From an uncultured delta proteobacterium (lineage in GTDB: Bacteria; Desulfobacterota; Desulfobacteria; Desulfobacterales; JAHEIW01), in the NCBI GenBank assembly GCA_963706575.1, contig CAVPNL010000004.1, forward strand, positions 96,001 through 160,000: a stretch of 64,000 bases of DNA, read 5' to 3'. How positions within the stretch are numbered: position 1 is the first letter of the stretch; every line of letters begins with the position of its first letter. Shown piece after piece: positions 19,869 to 30,080 of this stretch. A program made the translations under genes and the position numbers. The notes under the pieces were generated by a model that made no database searches, had not been told where the DNA came from, and saw only the letters and a program-made list of their open reading frames with translations.

Positions 19869-20080
19869 GAATATCGAATATTGAATGCTGAATGTCGAAT
19901 GTCGAAGTAAGGTATTATAACATCAGATGAAAAGATAGCTTTTAGCCCATACAGGGATTTTGTGCAACCTAGTGTTTAGTGTTTGGTGTTTGGTGTTTGG
20001 TATTTAGTGTTTCGTTCGACATATTTCGCTCTATATCAATTTGTTAGACTGCTAAACACTAAACACAAAATACTAAACAC
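19869..20080. repeat. gaatgtc 7-mer tandem repeat and gtgtttg/ctaaaca 7-mer inverted cassette
   Basis: gaatatcgaatattgaatgctgaatgtcgaatgtcgaagt; gtgtttagtgtttggtgtttggtgtttgg...ctaaacactaaacacaaaatactaaacac. Confidence 0.8.
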
Positions 20081-20215
20081 TCTCTTAAAAGACCGCCTTT
20101 CTTGTTGTTTACGAGACAGTCAAAAGAACCTAATAAATTGAATTGAGTTCAGATTTTACAAAAAAAACGGACCGGTATTAGTTATTGAATCATCATTATT
20201 TTATTAATTCGCATC

Positions 20216-20244
20216 TTGACATATGATTTTGGTACGTATAAACT
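20216..20244 (+). promoter_or_regulatory. Putative sigma70 promoter
   Basis: TTGACA-17 nt-TAAACT upstream of the small ORF and ihfA. Confidence 0.5.
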
Positions 20245-20395
20245 ATTTACTTATAAAATAAATATTTAACTCACTTTTCAGCCGACCGCAATGGCGCCGG
20301 CTTATCTATGATAGCGGAAATAGCCTGAATCACCAAATGAAATTAGCGAAAAATTTCACAAACCGATTTTGAATTCGCACCGTGGAGATCTCTGG

Positions 20396-20569
20396 ATGAG
20401 CGATACTGATGATGCGCAAATTAAAGCGGAAATTGACGGAATTATGAATGGCGTCAAAACCATTATGCAAAAAATAGATGCCTTGACGCCCAAAGAGGAA
20501 CAGGAACAAATTGAAGATACGGATAAAAATACCAATTCATCTGAAAATAGCAACGCAGGAGCGTCATAA
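20396..20569 (+). CDS. Small acidic hypothetical protein (57 aa)
   Basis: GGAG RBS before ATG 20396; one amphipathic helix plus a polar tail. Confidence 0.5.
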   Translation: MSDTDDAQIKAEIDGIMNGVKTIMQKIDALTPKEEQEQIEDTDKNTNSSENSNAGAS

Positions 20570-20703
20570 AATCAGGCCCGGGCAGAATCGAACATTCATC
20601 GACACTGGTTAAAATCATCTACATCCATTTACCCAGAGCTGGTAAAGTCGCAGCTCAGAATCATATATAAAGGAAAAGGACAGGTTTTCTAACAGGAGGC
20701 ATC

Positions 20704-20988
20704 ATGGCACTAACCAAAAGCGACATCGTCGCCACGGTACATGAGCTTGGCTTTACAAAGAAAAAATCAGTCGATATTATTGAAACCCTGCTGGAAATTA
20801 TTAAAGGCTCATTGGAAAAAAATGAAGATGTATTGATCTCCGGATTTGGTAAATTCTGTGTCAAAGATAAAAACCAGCGGCGCGGCCGCAATCCGGCAAC
20901 GGGTCAAGACCTGACCCTAAGAGAACGAAGGGTTGTTACATTTAAATGCTCTGGAAAACTCAGAAAAAAAATTAACGGGTATTTCTAA
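20704..20988 (+). CDS. ihfA: Integration host factor alpha
   Basis: MALTKSDI...VLISGFGKF...RRGRNPATG...RRVVTFKCS; AGGAGG RBS. Confidence 0.93.
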   Translation: MALTKSDIVATVHELGFTKKKSVDIIETLLEIIKGSLEKNEDVLISGFGKFCVKDKNQRRGRNPATGQDLTLRERRVVTFKCSGKLRKKINGYF

Positions 20989-21219
20989 CCAAAAAGGATA
21001 CCGCTCACAAACGATGCCCCTATCCCCATATTAAGGGGCAATCACCGGCCGGCCCCATTCTTCAAGTTAATCCAAGCGGTTCTGCTCCCGTCAGGGAAAG
21101 CCGTTTAGATCTCATCTCCCTGTAGTCCATTCCCTATCCGGGAATCAGCAATATGTATGGTTTACTTTTCCAAAAACGTTTTTTAAGCAGTGTGCTGCAG
21201 AGGTGGGCCCTCGATTGAA

Positions 21220-21337
21220 AAATGCCTAAAATGTCTAAAATGATCTAAAGTGACTAAAGTTAAAAGTATGAATCAATCCTTTTTATAAAATTTAGGCATT
21301 TTAGGCACTTTAGGCACTTTAGGCATTTTAGCTCATT
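21220..21337. repeat. tgcctaaaa / tttaggcac 9-mer inverted-repeat cassette
   Basis: aaatgcctaaaatgtctaaaatgatctaaagtgactaaag...tttaggcattttaggcactttaggcactttaggcattttagctcatt; abuts the regulator stop codon. Confidence 0.85.
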
Positions 21338-22725
21338 TACAAATCAATATTGTATAATTTGATCTTACTGAGCAATGACGGATGACTGATTTCCAGCAAG
21401 CGTGACGCCTGGGTGCGATTACCGCCCGTTTTTTCCAGCGCCTTGGTGATAAGCCTTGTCTCCATAAATTTTCGGGCGACTTTAAGCGAGTGGCCGTTAA
21501 ACAACCCATCCATTTGATCCCCATCCACGTTCCGGCCAAGTTCCGCTGGGAAATGCTCCGGTAGAAGCAGAGAGTCTTCAGCCAGCACCAGCGCTCGTTC
21601 GATCATATTTTCCAGCTCTCTTACATTACCAGGCCAGGCGTATTCAAGCAGCTGCGACATGGCTCCCGGTGCGATACCTTTTATTTCTTTGTTTAAACGG
21701 TTGTTGAACCGCGCAATAAAATGATCGCACAGCAGGGGGATGTCTTCCGCGCGATCTCGCAACGGGGGAATTTTTATCGGCAGCACGTTTAAGCGGTAAA
21801 ACAAATCTTCGCGAAAAGCGCCCTTTTTTACTTCTTCCTCGAGATTTCTAGCAGTCGCAGCAATGACGCGCACATCGATTTTCATCGATTTTGAATCACC
21901 GATCATTCTAACTTCATCTTCCTGCAACACTCTCAAGAGCTTAACCTGCAGAGCCAGCGGCAGTTCACCGATTTCATCCAGAAAAATCGTGCCGCCGTCC
22001 GCTTCCTGAAACAGTCCTTTTTTATTTTTATCTGCGCCGGTAAAAGCACCTTTTTTATAACCGAACAATTCACTCTCCAGAAGCGTTTCCGGAATTCCGC
22101 CGCAATTCACCGGAATCAGCGGCATGTTTGACCGGTCGCCTTCAAAATGAATCGCCCTGGCGATGAGCTCCTTGCCGGTTCCGCTGTCGCCCAGTATCAG
22201 CACGGTTGTCTTGAACTGTGCGGCCTTAGCAGCAATCCGGAACATGGACTGCATGGCTTCGCTTTTGGCCACCAGGGTGCCGAAGTTAATGTTGCCTTCA
22301 ATCTCTTTGATCCGCTCTTTGAGTTGGCGGTTTTCCTGCCTGAGGTTTTCACGTTCCTCGGCCTTTTTCAACGTCAGATACACCTCGTCGCTTTTAAAGG
22401 GTTTGGAGATGTAATCATAGGCACCCAGCTTCATCGCCTCAATAGCCGTCTCAATCGTCCCGTACGCTGACATCATAATTACGGTTGTGGTCATAATTTT
22501 ATCGCGTGCGGTTTTTAAAAAATCCATCCCGCTCATGTTAGGCATCTTTATGTCACAGAGGATGAATTCAAAATCGCTGTTTTGGATCATTTCCAGCGCT
22601 TCATAGCCGTTGGAGGCGGTTTCAACGATATAGCCGGTCTTGCCCAGCACCTTTGAGAGCATATGCCGCATGTTTTCTTCGTCATCGATAACCAGAAGTC
22701 GTTTTTGCGTAATTTTAGATGTCAT
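21337..22725 (-). CDS. Sigma54-dependent NtrC-family response regulator
   Basis: Receiver domain, GDSGTGKE, GAFTGA, FLDEIGE, FREDLFYRL, WPGNVREL and a C-terminal HTH. Confidence 0.95.
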   Translation of the reverse strand: MTSKITQKRLLVIDDEENMRHMLSKVLGKTGYIVETASNGYEALEMIQNSDFEFILCDIKMPNMSGMDFLKTARDKIMTTTVIMMSAYGTIETAIEAMKLGAYDYISKPFKSDEVYLTLKKAEERENLRQENRQLKERIKEIEGNINFGTLVAKSEAMQSMFRIAAKAAQFKTTVLILGDSGTGKELIARAIHFEGDRSNMPLIPVNCGGIPETLLESELFGYKKGAFTGADKNKKGLFQEADGGTIFLDEIGELPLALQVKLLRVLQEDEVRMIGDSKSMKIDVRVIAATARNLEEEVKKGAFREDLFYRLNVLPIKIPPLRDRAEDIPLLCDHFIARFNNRLNKEIKGIAPGAMSQLLEYAWPGNVRELENMIERALVLAEDSLLLPEHFPAELGRNVDGDQMDGLFNGHSLKVARKFMETRLITKALEKTGGNRTQASRLLEISHPSLLSKIKLYNIDL

Positions 22726-22771
22726 TTTATTGCAATCCTTATTTATTATTTCCCGGAGAGGACCTGTTTCT

Positions 22772-24391
22772 TCAGTGTTTTTCTAAATTGTTTGCTGTGA
22801 CCGGCAGCGGCGTATCTAAAAAATCTTCATCTTCTGCGGTGTCTGTTTCGCTTTCAACAACAGGCAGCAAAAGGGTCATGGTGGTGCCTTCTCCGATTTT
22901 ACTGTGGACGGTCATTTTACCGCCAAAACCCTCAACAATCATAAAACTGACCGAAAGACCCAGTCCGGTACCTTTGCCGGGCTCTTTGGTCGTATAAAAC
23001 GGGTCGAAAATATTAGCGATATTTTCTTCGGATATCCCGGGACCATTATCGATGAACATAATTTTTAAATGGGTCTTCTGATTGTTCGGTTGTTCGGGTG
23101 TTCCACCAACCAGGGAGCTTTGAATCAAAAGCTTGCCGTTATCCGCTTTACCCTCTGAAGAAATGGCATCGGCCGCATTGATGATCAAATTTAAAAAGAC
23201 CTGGCGCAACTGGTTCGAATCCGCCAGGATTTTGTCGTTCTGAGCCTCCAGACGACATTCAAATTCGATATTTGAAATCAAGGGTTGCACATTTAGAACC
23301 TCGGCAATGTCGTCTATTAAATCATGGACCGACACGGCCCTTAACCCAGCATTGGACGGGCGTGAAATCTCGAGAAGCTGGCGAATAATGGTGTTGATCC
23401 GCTCGATTTCAGCCTCGGTTCGATGGATGTATTCTTTTTTCTCGGCCGCGGGGATGTCTTTTTGCTTGAGCAGTTCGAGATATCCCATGACGATTCCGAT
23501 CGGATTACCGATTTCATGGGCAATCCCGGCTGACAGCCTACCCACGGACGCCAGTTTTTCAGCCCGAATGATTTCTTTTTGGGCCTTTTTTAATTCCAGA
23601 TTGGCCGTCTCAAGTGAATTTACTGTCGACCGCAGCTTTTCCTTGTCGGCGGATATACGCCGCAGCATGCTGTTTAAAGAGCCCGATAACTTATGAAGCT
23701 CATTGTCCTCTTTGCGCACCGAAAACAGCATCTCATCATCTTCGCGGTAATCTTCAGCGCGCCGTGCCAGTCTGGCCAGGGGCTGAAAATAAACTTTGGA
23801 AAGGCGATAAATGCCGATAAACGTCAGAATCACCGTGTTAATGAACAGATAAATAAACAGCATCTTTTGGGAGTGTCTCAGGGACTGGTAAATCCCTTCC
23901 AACGGCAACACGATGCTGGCACCGGCCAGGGCCTGATCGTTTTGCAGCAACGGTGTTGATAGGATCAAATTACGTCGTTGCTTCCAGAAAACACCCCAGG
24001 TGGTTCCGAAAAAATTAGCCTCATGCATTTTAGACCGCATCACTTTGCGGTTGTGTTTCATCATCTCATCTTGCAGCGCCTTGGGCGTGTTTCCAAATAA
24101 AAATTGTTTATTATTTTCACCCAAAACCAGTGCGTTGGAGACACCGGCTTCGGTCAACAAGTGAAAGATGTATGCTCTGGAAGAGGTTGGAGCCGGATTC
24201 GTTTCAAATTTTAGACTTTTAAGCAGATCCGTCTCGAGAATGGACAAAATGAATTGGCCTTTGGATACCTCTTTGCGGATGATGTCGCGCTGGGCGGTCA
24301 TCACCGTTACAATATTGACCAACAGCATGGCCACAAAAAAAAGGATGGCAATATTGAATGCTATTTTTGTTTTCAGGCCGCGAATAAACAC
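22772..24391 (-). CDS. Membrane sensor histidine kinase
   Basis: Two TM segments, HAMP, EKLASVGRLSAGIAHEIGNP, NLIINA, DNGPG and FDPFYTTK...GTGLGL; start codon uncertain. Confidence 0.93.
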   Translation of the reverse strand: MFIRGLKTKIAFNIAILFFVAMLLVNIVTVMTAQRDIIRKEVSKGQFILSILETDLLKSLKFETNPAPTSSRAYIFHLLTEAGVSNALVLGENNKQFLFGNTPKALQDEMMKHNRKVMRSKMHEANFFGTTWGVFWKQRRNLILSTPLLQNDQALAGASIVLPLEGIYQSLRHSQKMLFIYLFINTVILTFIGIYRLSKVYFQPLARLARRAEDYREDDEMLFSVRKEDNELHKLSGSLNSMLRRISADKEKLRSTVNSLETANLELKKAQKEIIRAEKLASVGRLSAGIAHEIGNPIGIVMGYLELLKQKDIPAAEKKEYIHRTEAEIERINTIIRQLLEISRPSNAGLRAVSVHDLIDDIAEVLNVQPLISNIEFECRLEAQNDKILADSNQLRQVFLNLIINAADAISSEGKADNGKLLIQSSLVGGTPEQPNNQKTHLKIMFIDNGPGISEENIANIFDPFYTTKEPGKGTGLGLSVSFMIVEGFGGKMTVHSKIGEGTTMTLLLPVVESETDTAEDEDFLDTPLPVTANNLEKH

Positions 24392-24420
24392 AATAATCCT
24401 TAACGATCTGATATTTAGCT

Positions 24421-24579
24421 ATTAACACCTGAATTTTGCACGAGTCGGAGGCTTTCATATGCAAGGCACTTAAGGGCGAGGCTATAGTGAACTATGCCTC
24501 GGCCTTAATAACGTGGGCGCTGCAAGCGCAACCCGTAGGGTATAGAAGCCTCCGGCTCGCCCAACGGGTGAAAATTAAT
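24421..24579. repeat. Palindromic MITE-like element
   Basis: cgagtcggaggcttt / gaagcctccggctcg inverted repeat around a gaggctatag..ctatgcctc core. Confidence 0.6.
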
Positions 24580-24939
24580 GAGATAAAATGATTTTCATCC
24601 ATATTTAATATAGTAAAACTTCTCATTAATTTTCATGCAAGATTCAGGCAATACTTGACCGGGCAACTTGGGATTGTCAAATCTGCCGGAAAAGGAATTC
24701 GAAGGGCAGTCCTGAAATCTCTTGTAGGGTATTAATTTTGTTACGGTTATTTATATAAAAGTCTATCACAGTCTATTTTTGAATGCAAATATCGTGAAAT
24801 TTTGTGTTAGATTTCAGCAGGTTAAAAAGAGGCAAAAAATTCGGCAAGCGTGATCAAATCCAGGAAAGGATCCGTATATAACGAGGAATAATGTCTGATT
24901 TTATTTTCTTAGTCCGCCCCGGGCGGGCTGAGATGTCTT

Positions 24940-26550
24940 TTAGTCTCGTCCGGCATAGGCAACCTTACCCCCAACGATGGTATAAGTCACTGGAATCTGA
25001 GGCAATTCCTCTATATCAACCTCAAACGGATCTATGGGGTAGACCACAAAATCACCAAGCTTGCCCACCTCGATTGAGCCCTTTACGTGCTCTTCGAAGG
25101 CCGCAAAGGCAGCATAGTTCGTATGCATGCGAAATGCTTCATCAACCTGAATACATTGCGCTTTGCCGATAACTTGACCGGAACGTGTCTTTCTTTGAAC
25201 AGCTGCCTGCACACTATAAAGCGGGTTTCCAACGGGATCAAAGGGTCGGTCTGTGGAGAGGGCAACCGGTAAATCATTATCTAACATGGATCTTAGCGGG
25301 TAGCACCATTCAGCCCGTTGGGGTCCAAGGTTCTTGATAAAAGCATCACCATAAAACGGCACCTCCGTGGAGGCAACCACCGGGATGATTCCTAACCCTT
25401 TGGCACGTTGGATCAGTTCAAGGCTGGCCATCGTAAAATGTTCTATCCTGTGCCGGTGATCTTCCCGGGGCATTAATTTTAGCACATGCTCATAAGCATC
25501 CAAAACCACATCAATTGCTCGATCTCCGATGGCATGGATTGATGATTGCAGCCCATTTCGGTGAATCTCCGCAACTGTATCGATCAGCTCATCTTTTTCC
25601 ATATACAGGATGCCGGTTTCATCCGGGGCGTTCGCGTAAGGTTCGTGTACAGCTCCCGTATGCGCTGAAGGAACGCCATCAGCAAAAAACTTAATACCGC
25701 CAATCCGCAACCTATCATCCCCAAATCCCTTCATAATACCGAGTGAAGAGAGATGAGGAAGGGCATCTTTGAGAAGATAGAGACAGACCCGTTGTCTTAG
25801 ACGCCCCTCGAGACCTGCGCGCTGAAAAGCCTTCATTTCATCCACATTGTTCTGAAAATAACCGACACCTGCCTCCTGAACGGATGTAATGCCCTCACTA
25901 AGGTATTTATTCCCTGCCACTTCAACGGCCTCAACCAATTCCTCGATCAAAAAGGGATCCATTGAATTCTTAATGAGTTCCTGGGCGGTTTCTTTCATAA
26001 GCCCGGTGGGTTCACCCGTGGCAGGGTCTCTGTCAATTTCACCTCCGGGTGGATTGGCGGTTCTTTTTGTAACACCGCAGATTTCAAGGGCTTTGCTGTT
26101 CGCAACCAGCATGTGGCCACAGGTTCTGTATAGGACCATCGGGTTTTGGGGTGAGACCGGGTCAAGATCGTCACATCGCGGATGCCGTCCGTCTTCAAGC
26201 ACGGCATCATCATAGCCATAGCCTCTCAACCAGCGACCCGGAGGTGATGAAGCCGCTTTTTCGGCAATTTCTGTTACGATATCATCAATCGAACGGATGG
26301 ATTCAGCGCGACAATTAATACCCATTAGTTCGGTACCGTAATAGACCATATGATTGTGGGCATCGATGAATCCCGGAAATACGGTTTTTCCCTTGAGATC
26401 TACCATTTCATCTGTTTGCGTCTTTGTTTGCAAAACCTGCTGTGTTGTGCCGATAGTGTCTATGCGGCCTTGCCGAATGCCCACTGCCTGGGCAATGGTG
26501 CCTTTAGCATCCATCGTCCTTATCTTTCCATTGATCATTAGCAGGTCCAT
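24940..26550 (-). CDS. Amidohydrolase, YtcJ-like (amidohydrolase_3)
   Basis: PGFIDAHNH, GHMLVANSKAL, KFFADG, HAIGDRA, RHRIEH, STD and KGSIEVGKLGD; GGAGG RBS before ATG 26550. Confidence 0.9.
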   Translation of the reverse strand: MDLLMINGKIRTMDAKGTIAQAVGIRQGRIDTIGTTQQVLQTKTQTDEMVDLKGKTVFPGFIDAHNHMVYYGTELMGINCRAESIRSIDDIVTEIAEKAASSPPGRWLRGYGYDDAVLEDGRHPRCDDLDPVSPQNPMVLYRTCGHMLVANSKALEICGVTKRTANPPGGEIDRDPATGEPTGLMKETAQELIKNSMDPFLIEELVEAVEVAGNKYLSEGITSVQEAGVGYFQNNVDEMKAFQRAGLEGRLRQRVCLYLLKDALPHLSSLGIMKGFGDDRLRIGGIKFFADGVPSAHTGAVHEPYANAPDETGILYMEKDELIDTVAEIHRNGLQSSIHAIGDRAIDVVLDAYEHVLKLMPREDHRHRIEHFTMASLELIQRAKGLGIIPVVASTEVPFYGDAFIKNLGPQRAEWCYPLRSMLDNDLPVALSTDRPFDPVGNPLYSVQAAVQRKTRSGQVIGKAQCIQVDEAFRMHTNYAAFAAFEEHVKGSIEVGKLGDFVVYPIDPFEVDIEELPQIPVTYTIVGGKVAYAGRD

Positions 26551-26606
26551 TATTTCCTCCACAGACACCCGGATAGGTTTAATAAATAGCGCTACCGCCA
26601 GCCTTA

Positions 26607-27770
26607 TCAGACGATCTCAAGTTCGACATCTCCGCCCCCGGCAAGCATTTCTATGCCGGTAGGATTCACATAATAGGAGGCGCCCTGGACGGTTCCGATC
26701 CCTTCATCAACCAATTCAAGGCAAGCGTGGATATAAAAAACCATACCCGGTTCCAGAATTTGAGTTGAATATCGGTCGATCTGAAAAGACCCGACCCAGA
26801 CGGGTGGATACCCTATCCCAATACCCAATCCAAAACGCATCATGGCCGTATGTGCCAGCCCTTCACGCTGGAGCGGCTCCAAGGATGCCTTTTCGATATT
26901 GGAAACGGGCTTTCCGGGCTGGCATTCTTTTATGCCAGCGCGCAGGGATTCTAAGGTGAGATCGTAGATCTCCCGGGCGCGATCACCCGGCTCTCCCACC
27001 GCCATGGTATGGAGTGCCACGACATGATAACGGCGTGCAACACCAGCGAATTCTACATGAACGAGTTCACCCGTTTCAATGACCCGAGGCATTGGAGCCG
27101 CATGACCTCCGGGCGTTCGGGGGCCACTGGCCAACTCCGTCGGTACGGCCCAACATTCGCTTCCAGCCGACCGCATATCACCTTCTATGGCCGCGGCCAG
27201 CTCTATCTCAGTGATGCCTGCCTTTAACGTCTTGCGTGCCGTCTGCAATCCAACATTTGCATATTTGGCGGCTTCACGAACGTAGACCATTTCCCGTTCT
27301 GATTTTATGTACTGTAAACTGCCGAGTAACTCCGTGGCGTCTTCGACCTGCACCGGTTCAAGTGCTTTGACAAGCGGAAGACCATAGGCAGCGGGCAGGG
27401 CGTAACTCTGTAGGTCGATGCCGATGAGCCCTTCCCGCAGCCCTTTCTCACGGGCGACATCTGCGATCATTTTGGGGATATCGGCTGCGTGCAGATGATA
27501 TGTCCGAATATCTTCAATCCGCGATGTCTCCTTTACAAGTGGCAAATCAACATTTCGGATGACAAGCGCCGGCTCGCTGCCTTCCTCGGCCGAAATTATG
27601 AGGGCCTGATAGTTGAAATAGGCAATCGAATCATAACCAATGAGATAAAAGATATTCTCCGGGGCCACACAAATACAGCCAGCCAGACCGGCTTCACGGA
27701 GTTTCTTTCGGGCACGAGACAGGCGCTCTCTGTGCTCGGACTCTGGAAACGCTGCAAAAGATGGATCCAT
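26607..27770 (-). CDS. M24-fold hydrolase (creatinase/ectoine-hydrolase-like)
   Basis: F..SEHRERL, PENIFYLIGY, IKSERE, EFAGVARRYH, GIGYPPVW and LEPGMVF; AAAGGAG RBS before ATG 27770. Confidence 0.8.
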   Translation of the reverse strand: MDPSFAAFPESEHRERLSRARKKLREAGLAGCICVAPENIFYLIGYDSIAYFNYQALIISAEEGSEPALVIRNVDLPLVKETSRIEDIRTYHLHAADIPKMIADVAREKGLREGLIGIDLQSYALPAAYGLPLVKALEPVQVEDATELLGSLQYIKSEREMVYVREAAKYANVGLQTARKTLKAGITEIELAAAIEGDMRSAGSECWAVPTELASGPRTPGGHAAPMPRVIETGELVHVEFAGVARRYHVVALHTMAVGEPGDRAREIYDLTLESLRAGIKECQPGKPVSNIEKASLEPLQREGLAHTAMMRFGLGIGIGYPPVWVGSFQIDRYSTQILEPGMVFYIHACLELVDEGIGTVQGASYYVNPTGIEMLAGGGDVELEIV

Positions 27771-27971
27771 TGTATCGTTCTCCTTTCGTCTTTCAAAATG
27801 CACCATAAAAATAACCTCTGTGAACGCTTCATGGATGCTTCGAGAAATTTTTTTGCCAATCGTTTTTTCTAAAGATCTTTGGCCTAAGGCCGGACATGCT
27901 AACTTTAGCACATGGTATTGTCAACTCCGCTTCAAGGCAAGACAAATACTGAAATTATTAAGCTCGCTCTG

Positions 27972-28056
27972 CCCGGTTGACCGGCTGTTGGGATTGAAAC
28001 CTGTCTGCATTTTTCTCATATCCAAGGAAAAAAAATCTTATTTATGCAGGGAATAA
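27972..28056 (+). repeat. Copy 1 of an ~85-bp duplicated promoter-like block
   Basis: ccggttgaccggctgttgggattgaaacctgtctgcattttt...cagggaata closely matches 29656-29740. Confidence 0.8.
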
Positions 28057-28085
28057 AAGCCAGCGGGTGACCGTGCCATGACGTT

Positions 28086-29360
28086 TCACACCACCTGGGT
28101 GGACTTTCGGCTGATGCCTTCCTTGAATCGGCTGAAGCGTAAGGCGCTGAGATCCAGGGAGGGTTTGGCATCCATGATGATTTCCGACACCAACCTGCCG
28201 GCAATGGGTCCCATACCGAAGCCGTGGCCGCTGAAACCAGTGGCCAGAACCAGGCCCCGGGGCCGGTCGAGCCGGTCGATCACAGGGAGCAAGTCGGGGG
28301 TTAAGTCAATGTAGCTGGCCCAGATACGCTCCAGTGTCATACTGTCCATACCCTCGTATTCGGCCTGCATATAGCCAACTGCCTGTGTGATTTCCTTTCG
28401 GCTGGGGCATGGATCCAGAGCGCGGTAACGCCTGTAATCATCTAAGCGACCCAGGAGATCATCCACCAAAAGGCGCCCCATTTTGAATTTGACCTTGGCC
28501 TTGTTGTGCAGGTAAGCGGACAAAAAGTCCGGTAGAAACCGCAGGCTATCGACCACGAGAGGGTGCTCGCTTTCAACCCCCAGGGCCATGTACAACCGGC
28601 CGTCGCGACGCTGGCGAAAAGCCGCCCGTCCCCACACCCCCGCGGCTGTAAGCTCCCGTACCGGTGCAACTCGGGCCACGCTGCCCTTCACCCACAGAGA
28701 TGGTAAACGGACGCCCAGAGGACGCACCAGGCGAGTAGACCAGGCCCCTGCGGCGCACACTACGGTGGATGCCCGGATATGGCCTCGCTCGGTATAAACG
28801 CCGGACACGGCCCCGTTTTGCAGCTCAATTCCCTCTACGGCGCAGCCGGTTATGAATCGGGCTCCCCTATTCTGAGCGGCTCGCTGGAAAGCCGGGCAAA
28901 CCTTTTGCGGCTCGGCCTGTCCGTCGCTGGGGGTGTACATGGCGCCCAATATTATTGGTTTCACAGCCGGTAAGAGTTGCCGGAGCTGCCGTGATGTCAG
29001 TAAACCAGTCTCCAATCCATGTTCTTTTGACAGGGGCAGCCACTTTTCAAACAGCTCAAGACGCTTATGATCATAAGCCAAAACCAGGTTGCCGCCCTGG
29101 ATCCACTCCAGATCGGCCTGCAACTCCGCCTCCAAACCCTGCCAGATGTGGTTGCAGGCCATCACCAAAGGCAACTCGGCCGCATCCCGCCCCTGTTGGC
29201 GAACAAAACCCCAGTTGCGGCTGGATTGTTCAAGCCCCACGTCGCCCTTTTCACATACCACCACCGACACGCCTCTTTTGGCCAGATAATAGGCGGACGC
29301 ACATCCAACGATACCTCCCCCCACAATCACCACGTCGGTTGATCTGCTTTCCATCGGCAT
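28086..29360 (-). CDS. FAD-dependent oxidoreductase (DAO/DadA family)
   Basis: VVIVGGGIVG, EQSSRNWGFVRQQGRD, CAAGAWS, TPDLLPVI and GFSGHGFGMGP. Confidence 0.9.
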   Translation of the reverse strand: MPMESRSTDVVIVGGGIVGCASAYYLAKRGVSVVVCEKGDVGLEQSSRNWGFVRQQGRDAAELPLVMACNHIWQGLEAELQADLEWIQGGNLVLAYDHKRLELFEKWLPLSKEHGLETGLLTSRQLRQLLPAVKPIILGAMYTPSDGQAEPQKVCPAFQRAAQNRGARFITGCAVEGIELQNGAVSGVYTERGHIRASTVVCAAGAWSTRLVRPLGVRLPSLWVKGSVARVAPVRELTAAGVWGRAAFRQRRDGRLYMALGVESEHPLVVDSLRFLPDFLSAYLHNKAKVKFKMGRLLVDDLLGRLDDYRRYRALDPCPSRKEITQAVGYMQAEYEGMDSMTLERIWASYIDLTPDLLPVIDRLDRPRGLVLATGFSGHGFGMGPIAGRLVSEIIMDAKPSLDLSALRFSRFKEGISRKSTQVV

Positions 29361-29655
29361 ACCTACTTCGATAGTTCCCGTAATTTTTTCTATTTTCGCT
29401 TTTGGTAAAATATCTTTAGGGCAGCCTGCCCAATATTTTCTTCCCCTGTATCGCTATCTTTCCCTTTTTCTCAGTACAATTCAAAAATCCCTGAGATCAC
29501 TTCTTAAAGGACTTACGAAATCAGATAGGCAATCGGTTTGATCTAAAGGTCTTTCGCCTGAGAACGCACCATGTTAACTTCAGCACCCGGCATTGTCAAA
29601 CCCTCTCCAGGGTGGGTCAAATACTGAAAAATTTAATATCGATCCGGCCGTAAGG

Positions 29656-29740
29656 CCGGTTGGCCGGCCGTTGGGATTGACACCTGCCTGCATTTTTTTT
29701 ATATCTTTGGAAGAAAAAAATATTATTTACCCAGGGAATA
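29656..29740 (+). promoter_or_regulatory. Copy 2 of the duplicated block; likely promoter/leader of the UxaA-like genes
   Basis: Contains TTGACA (29677) with TATATC 17 nt later and runs into an AGGAG RBS. Confidence 0.6.
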
Positions 29741-29750
29741 GGAGACAGCG

Positions 29751-30038
29751 ATGAAAATAAAGGCTGTCGTTTTAGCACCTCATGATAATGTCGGCATTGC
29801 TTTGACTGATCTGCACGCCGGTTCTGAGCTGGATCTTGATTATGGCGCCCATTCGTTTCAGGTGAAGTTGGCAGAGCCCATACGCTATCAGCACAAATTC
29901 AGCGTCAGCGCCATTGGCCTTGGTGAAGAAATAATCAAGGATGGTGTCTTCATCGGTGTTGCCACCGATGAGATTCAAGCCGGTCGACACGTCCACGTTC
30001 ACAATATGACCGGAAGGCGATCAAAACCTTTGCATTAA
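29751..30038 (+). CDS. SAF-domain small subunit of a UxaA/SuyA-family dehydratase
   Basis: DNVGIAL, I.YQHKFS, G.ATDEI.AG.HVHVHN. Confidence 0.85.
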   Translation: MKIKAVVLAPHDNVGIALTDLHAGSELDLDYGAHSFQVKLAEPIRYQHKFSVSAIGLGEEIIKDGVFIGVATDEIQAGRHVHVHNMTGRRSKPLH

Positions 30039-30080
30039 GTCAAGACCCGGTTAACTTTATTGGGTATTCGGGAGAAAATA

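Noticed and set aside
20277..20330. c-di-GMP-I-like riboswitch fragment
   Set aside because: Only a loose resemblance to the 3' stem; the GGCAAAC..GAAA..GGGACGC part is absent.
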